The notes below the pieces were generated by a model. The model did no database searches. It had not been told where the DNA came from and saw nothing but the letters and a program-made list of their open reading frames with translations. A stretch of DNA of 64,000 nucleotides from Eledone cirrhosa (Eukaryota). Each line of letters starts with the position of its first letter. The stretch's first letter is position 1. Location of the stretch: NCBI GenBank assembly GCA_964016885.1, contig CAXHJY010000010.1, positions 13,214 to 77,213 on the forward strand. The letters are read 5' to 3'. Shown one piece after another: positions 57,174 to 64,000 of this stretch. The position numbers and the translations under genes were made by a program.

Positions 57174-58075
57174 CTAAATTTATGTTTAATCTATACATAT
57201 AAAACATACATCTATTGTGTTTCTCAATAGAAAAAGCTCCATGATCATTAGTTTAGAGCATCAATTATACAAGTCTAAACGATATATAAAAGAATATATA
57301 TCAATATTATCAATTGAGAAACTATTAGCATTTTGTACAGAACAATTAATTTTGTACAGAACAATTAATTTGTAAGTAAATATACTTATTTCAAGATGGT
57401 AAAACATTCTATAAATTTCTAAACGGATCTGTTTCTGGATCGAAGAAAAGACGCAAACCATCGATCTTAATATTCAGTATCAATCACCAATTATCGATTT
57501 GGGTAATTAGCATCCCACAACCAAGATTACCTTAATGACACGCACTTGGTGCTATTTTTAGCATTCATTACAGCCTGTTCTGTAATATCTGCACTTCTGT
57601 TAAACATTATTTTAACACAATGTTGGGAACATTTTAAAATCCCGGCCTGGAACTAGTAATTTGTATAATGTCAGATATATGTTTTGATTGAAAACCTACT
57701 CCTCCTGATGACGGAAATATATATGTATATATATATAAATAGAGAAAGTCATATATATATATATATATATATATGTTTTGATATATATATATATATATGT
57801 TTTTGGCAACCATTCACAATGTGGCTCAATGACGAATTAATTAATTAAATAATCAACAATCAGAGCAATATACAATAAAGTATGTCCATAGAATCATTTG
57901 ATAATATATATATATATATATATGTCGTTTATTTATCTATTATTTCTTCATAGGTGTCTTTTAATCTTATAGCCTGGTTTAATTGGTTTTTTGTGTGGTT
58001 GATTATGCTGATTGGGAAATGGTGTATATATTTTATCAAATGATTCTATGGACATACTTTATTGTATATATATAA

Positions 58076-58149
<74 letters not shown>

Positions 58150-58156
<7 letters not shown>

Positions 58157-58930
58157 AGTTAATATAAATTAATATATGATAAACACATAAGTGTTTGTAT
58201 TGTAAATGACCAAGTTAGCTAGAAAGAAACATACTAATTAAAATAAATATAGTTTGCCTGTCTCGATTTAAAATAATAAATCAATAAAAACATTTACAAT
58301 ACAAACACTTATGTGTTTATCATATATTAATTTATATTAACTTATATTTCACGGCTCAGAAATGCTTCTTTCTTTGAGCTAATTAATTGTAAAGGACTGT
58401 TTGAGTTTGTAACTCTGAATATAATATAATATTACGGCTCCTTTTGTTGAGCTAAATTTTAATCCCATATAAACGGCTGTTATTTCTAGCACCATGAATA
58501 TGGGATAGCTAGTGAGCTGGAAAACCACGTGCGTTAGCGCTTGTACACCAGACCTCCAAAAATATTTCGAGGTGAAACATCCTAATTTTCTGGATACCTG
58601 TTGATGAACACAGAAAATGGAATCTTTCACTTTTTTATACTATCGTTGCGAAACTTATTTGGGTTTTGAAATTTAAATTTGTCCATGTATCACGGTTATT
58701 ACCAATATGGGTTTGTTTTTATTGATTTATTATTTTAAATCGAGACAGGCAAACTATATTTATTTTAATTAGTATGTTTCATTCTAGCTAACTTGGTCAT
58801 TTACAATACAAACACTTATGTGTTTATCATATATTAATTTATATTAATTTGTATTTCACGGCTCAGAAATGCTTCTTTCTTTGAGCTAATTAATTGTAAA
58901 GGACTGTTTGAGTTTATAACTCTAAATATA

Positions 58931-58937
<7 letters not shown>
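58150..58937. repeat. Combined inverted and partial tandem repeat between (TA)n tracts
   Basis: 58150-58290 is inverted at 58714-58853; 58291-58430 is directly repeated at 58798-58937. Confidence 0.88.
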
Positions 58938-58978
<41 letters not shown>

Positions 58979-59049
58979 CAAAAGGGATATTTAATTTGTT
59001 GGTAATTCAACAAATATATATGTTTATAACTGATTCAAAGCACTCGAAA

Positions 59050-59154
<105 letters not shown>

Positions 59155-60411
59155 ATGATATTAAATAAATGGAAACTATATTTTGCCCATTGTGTGTTTT
59201 ATTAGTCATTTCATTTCATTACAAGTATTTTCCTCGCATAAGTGAACAGCTGCTAGCCACGGGTTGCTGGCCAGGTTAGATATAGCAAGCTTTCTTTAGA
59301 CCACCTTTTCAAGGTCCCTCCTGGCTAGCAGGTGAGCAGTGCTATCACTGAAAAGGTTGCTCAGTCACTTGTAGTGCTGCGAAGTCGTACCATTGTCTAT
59401 GTTTGGAGACAAAACGACTAATATCCTAAGTCACCTATATATGGGTTTGCTACTACGTACTCCATCTTGTTAGGTCTGTACACACCTCAGCTCTCTCAAA
59501 CGCCGCAGATCTTTTGAATGAAATGTTATCTGTTATCCGTTCAGAGTCTATCCGTTCAGGTATGGCATGTAAGTCACTTTCTGATTTGATGAGCCATCTA
59601 AAGCGGCATCAACGACAGCAACATCAATAACACGTGTTTGCCAATTTCTGTTTATTTTTTTATTCTAAGGACTAACCGAACTCGGACACGAGTTGGCTTT
59701 CACCATATGTATATACAGCGACTGACTGAATGCTATAGAATATTCTGAGTGGAGGTGCTACACTATATTCCAGTGAGTTAAATATATACTAGTAATATCC
59801 GGCATGATTATATCAACTATATATTTGGAGTTCCAATGGAGCAGTATTTTGAACCATATTCTGAATAAAATGTAAATCACTCTAACAAACTTGCCAGAGA
59901 CCCAGATTTCCTGGTTAATAGTCCCCAGATGTTTCAAATCCCAAATCAATTTAAGTTGATGCCATTCTGTCAATATAATTTCAATTGCAACATTGTACAA
60001 TAAGTAAATCCCTCACAGTGACCTTGTGCGTTTGGTAACATAAATCATTTATAGGCGTGTACAGTAGATTAAAAAGCTCAAGTCGAATTTCCGACACGGA
60101 TTTGATTTCCAGAGGAAACCAAATCAGTGAAGTCGTTAGTAACCTTCACGACACCACCTCCTTTAAAATATAATCTCGGTGTCTAGTCAACATTTGATTC
60201 ATTATAAACGATTGCTATAATTCAATACTAAATAAACCACGCTGGAATGTCATATTAATGCAATAGGAATGCCATATGTTACATGAACTAAATGACTGAC
60301 AAGAATCAACAAATGATGGTAAACTAATTAAAATTAATGTACACTGCTTTTCAGAACAATTTATCGAACTTGAAATTTACAACTTTGGATGTCGTATCAC
60401 ACAGAGAAAGA

Positions 60412-60457
<46 letters not shown>

Positions 60458-60554
60458 GGGATATTTAAGAATAATATTTGCATAAAATACTATATTAAGA
60501 TATGAAGAATTGTTTTTTTATTTAAAGAAAATTGTAGAAGAATACAGATCTGTC

Positions 60555-60930
60555 AAGCAGATCGAGTCTGTCTTGGACCAACACCACCTCGCCTGACTTC
60601 GCTCCGCTTCTCAGCCAAACAACAGCACGTGGATTAATTCGGTGCCCTCCTCATCAACCGGTACCCTTCTTGATGACGAGTGCACTCGCATCGGAGTAGC
60701 TCAACGCCTCAGCTTCCGCGTGTGTGACCGTTGCGGGGCGGTTGCTGACAAGTTCGGTCTGCACCCACTGTGTTCCCGCCAAAGCGTAGGCCGAAGCATC
60801 CTGATGGAATCACTCTCTTCCCGTTCGAAGAAGGTAGATTCCCCATCTGGGACGCCACATGTTGTGACACGAATAATACATCAGCTGATAAGGCCGCCTA
60901 CTACAGTGCTATTCACGAATTTAGCCGACG
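60555..60930 (+). mobile_element. CRE-like non-LTR retrotransposon C-terminal remnant (zinc knuckle plus restriction-like endonuclease)
   Basis: LRSASQPNNSTWINSVPSSSTGTLLDDECTRIGVAQRL...CDRCG..ADKFGLHPLC, then HPDGITLFPFEEGRFPIWDATCCDT. Confidence 0.75.
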
Positions 60931-60939
60931 TTCTATTTG

Positions 60940-61500
60940 GCAGCGATCCTTTACCTGTTAAATGCTGTGGACGAAAGAACCTTGGTGTGGCGTCGGATGG
61001 CTGGAGGATCCCTTGGTTCAATCAAGAGGTCAAAGATGCCATCCGACCAAAGAAGGAGGCCTACAAAGCTTGGCTTGGAAATACGCCCTCTTCTTGCACG
61101 TGCGGTACAAGCAGGCGCGAAGAATTGCAGCAGAGAGAGTAAAGGCATGTTAAGTTAAGAGATGAAAGGACTTTGTTATTAAGCTGGAATCTGACTTCAG
61201 ATAAGCAAATACAGTATTCTGGCAGAACATCCGCCAACATTATAATATGATGTGCTATGAGGAACGCGTTTGGGGTTCCACTCTCTTCAGTCAGGTATAT
61301 CCTCGCGTGGTGGTGAGAATACTTCGCTGATTTTCTAAACCCGATCACAACAGCATCTCCTGATGTACATGAAGTGCATTTGGGATGAAAGATCTCTCGG
61401 GGGCTGAGGTTACAAGAAGAATTAAAGAACTCAAATGTGTCAAGGTCATTGGAGAGGATAAAATTCGGCCCTGCATGTTAAAAGCTTTATATATATAAGT
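60940..61500 (+). mobile_element. LINE ORF2 fragment (region between endonuclease and RT)
   Basis: PWFNQEVKDAIRPKKEAYKAWL...WWEYFADFLNP...GEDKIRPCMLKAL. Confidence 0.7.
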
Positions 61501-62853
61501 ATTCTCTAACCATACAATGCCACCAATCCCAAAGGAGTCCTCTTCATTACCCCAAACAGAGAGCTTCAGAGTTAATTTCTTATCCATCTCGTTTGATTGT
61601 TCTCTTTCTCTCCCTCCCTCCCTCCCTCACACACATTCACTCTCTCATTCTCTAACACTCACACTCATACACATATGCATTTACAAAAAATCTATAGAAA
61701 CACAGTACAAGGACAACCCCATTTTCAACATCTGAAACTTGATTGTGAAGGGGATTAACAACCATTTCTTTCATCACACTGAGGCTCTCTTCCTCTTCAA
61801 ACACTAAAAGTGCGATTTACATCAAGCATCAGTGATCTCTCACCCGCGAGAACTTCAGTGAAGTAATGTTGTTATCAGCATCAGAAAATGTGCTCGAACA
61901 TATCAAGCATGGGAACCTCGCTGTTAACTTGCACCTATGAATTCTTTCCATCTTTCATATTTTGGAGCAGACATTACTTGTCAGATCACTCAGTTTCTAT
62001 GATAAAATAATTTGTTTGTGATGTAGCTCAACGCCCGTTTATGCATCCAACAGTTCTTTTCTAAATGTAAAATATTCTTTTCTTTAATTGATATTATTTT
62101 ACTGGTTTCAGTCATTAGACTGCTGCCATGTTAGGACACACCCCACCCTTAATGGGTTTTAGTCGATCATATCAACTCTCAGCAGTGCTTTTCTGCTAGG
62201 GAACGGGTTGAAGGTGACGGATAGAAATACAGCCACCAGATATGATGGTTACTTGCGATATAAGCGGGATTCTGTCGGACGAATAACCAACCCCAGACCA
62301 ACAATGGTACACCACTAGGAATGATGAAACAAAGGGTGACACATTTAGCTTGCAAGTAAACTCTTACATACACCCGGTGATGAAGCTCTGAATAAACGAA
62401 TAAAGGCCGCCTCTAACAAGGCCTAGTCTTCACAGCAGGTCTGAGAAAGTACTAGATTGGTGACAGGAGCGAATAAGACAACCAAAAATGTAAAAGTTTT
62501 GGAGATAACAATAACGATCATATCGCATCGTCCTTAGCTAAAGGCTTTCTAAAATTTATTCATAAACATGCCGTATATCGCTATATTTATATATATATAT
62601 ATATTATATTATATATATATATATATATATAATATATATATATTATATATATATATATAATATATATATATTATATATATATATAATATATATATATTAT
62701 ATATATATATATATATAATATATATATATATATACATAATATATATATATATTATATATATATAATATATATATATATTATATATATATATAATATATAT
62801 ATATTATATATATATATATATAATATATATATATATTATATATATATAATATA

Positions 62854-62897
<44 letters not shown>

Positions 62898-63277
62898 TAT
62901 ATTATATATATATATATATAATATATATATTATATATATATATAATATATATATATTATATATTATATATATATATATATATTATATATATATATATTAT
63001 ATATATATATATATATAATATATATATATAATAAGAAAGTGAGGTTTTTTTTTACAAAATGAAAAATAACCGAGGTGTCCTACACGAGTGGAAGTATAAA
63101 TAAAAAGAGATGAAATCGAAAATGCAACAGAAGTCTTATTTTTTTTTAAATATATATATTTATTTGGTTCCTTTACCGGTTTCGCAGTTCTACTGCTTTT
63201 CAAAAGGTGAGTTGAGATGGGGTGTCTGTGGTTTTTCTCACATCTGGTTGGTCTCTAAATGTTACTTGTATATATAT

Positions 63278-63340
<63 letters not shown>

Positions 63341-63348
63341 TATATTAT

Positions 63349-63446
<98 letters not shown>

Positions 63447-63541
63447 GTAATATATATATATATATGTTATATATATATATATATATATAATATATATATA
63501 CGAAATTAAATAAATGGAAACTATATTTATAAAACCATATT

Positions 63542-63607
63542 TATTTCATTATATATATTTCAGGGATATCATATTAAAAATATATTATGCCTTCTTCAGA
63601 CAAAATA
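63542..63607 (-). ncRNA. Type I hammerhead motif with (UA)n stem III
   Basis: UAUUUUGU-CUGAAGA-AGG...CCU-GAAA-UAUAUA-UA-AUGAAAUA; downstream flank matches 34237-34270 and 59150-59185. Confidence 0.72.
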
Positions 63608-63779
63608 CAATATAAACAGTCTTATAAATAGATTCGACATACCTTTCAACTTCGACTTCTATTTAATATCGTAAATATACTCCAAATACTTGTTGAATGC
63701 TTTTATATCAGTTATAAATATTTACTCGTTGTTAACCCAACAATTTAAATAAAACTTTGCATAATATATATATATATAT

Positions 63780-63942
<163 letters not shown>

Positions 63943-64000
63943 TATATATAGGTACGTTATTCCGGGTTGAATCGGAGGGTAACCACAGTAAGTAAGGTAC

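Noticed and set aside
57531-57596. Candidate 66-bp upstream exon of the VWA gene plus a 5-nt microexon at 53373-53377
   Set aside because: The frame works only with a speculative microexon that has a weak donor; no signal peptide; the surrounding DNA looks repeat-derived.
63646-63710. Minus-strand TATA-like motif and AAG|GTATGT donor as a first exon
   Set aside because: Lies directly upstream of the 63542 HHR, probably within a PLE-type terminal repeat.

Overview
Very AT-rich animal genomic DNA, most likely a coleoid cephalopod (Octopus-like, judged from the SINE families and the abundance of (TA)n/(CA)n tracts). Most listed ORFs (YIYI/HTHT/CVCV) are microsatellite artefacts. One host gene is supported: a minus-strand multi-exon gene with four in-frame phase-1 exons (49934->40490) encoding a MIDAS-intact VWA domain, a Ser/Thr/Pro linker and a degenerate VWA domain; its 5' exon(s) were not found. 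The rest is decayed retroelements: tRNA-derived SINEs, RTE, CR1/L2 and CRE-like LINE pieces, one RT-RNaseH-integrase LTR element, and many Penelope-like element (PLE) remnants. The most striking signal is about 20 type I hammerhead ribozyme (HHR) motifs, intact or degenerate, from roughly a dozen sequence families. Most have a minimal palindromic stem III, lie in PLE 3' ends or short non-coding units embedded in (TA)n, and are arranged as tandem, permuted or fold-back copies. All structures were read by eye; nothing was computed or searched.
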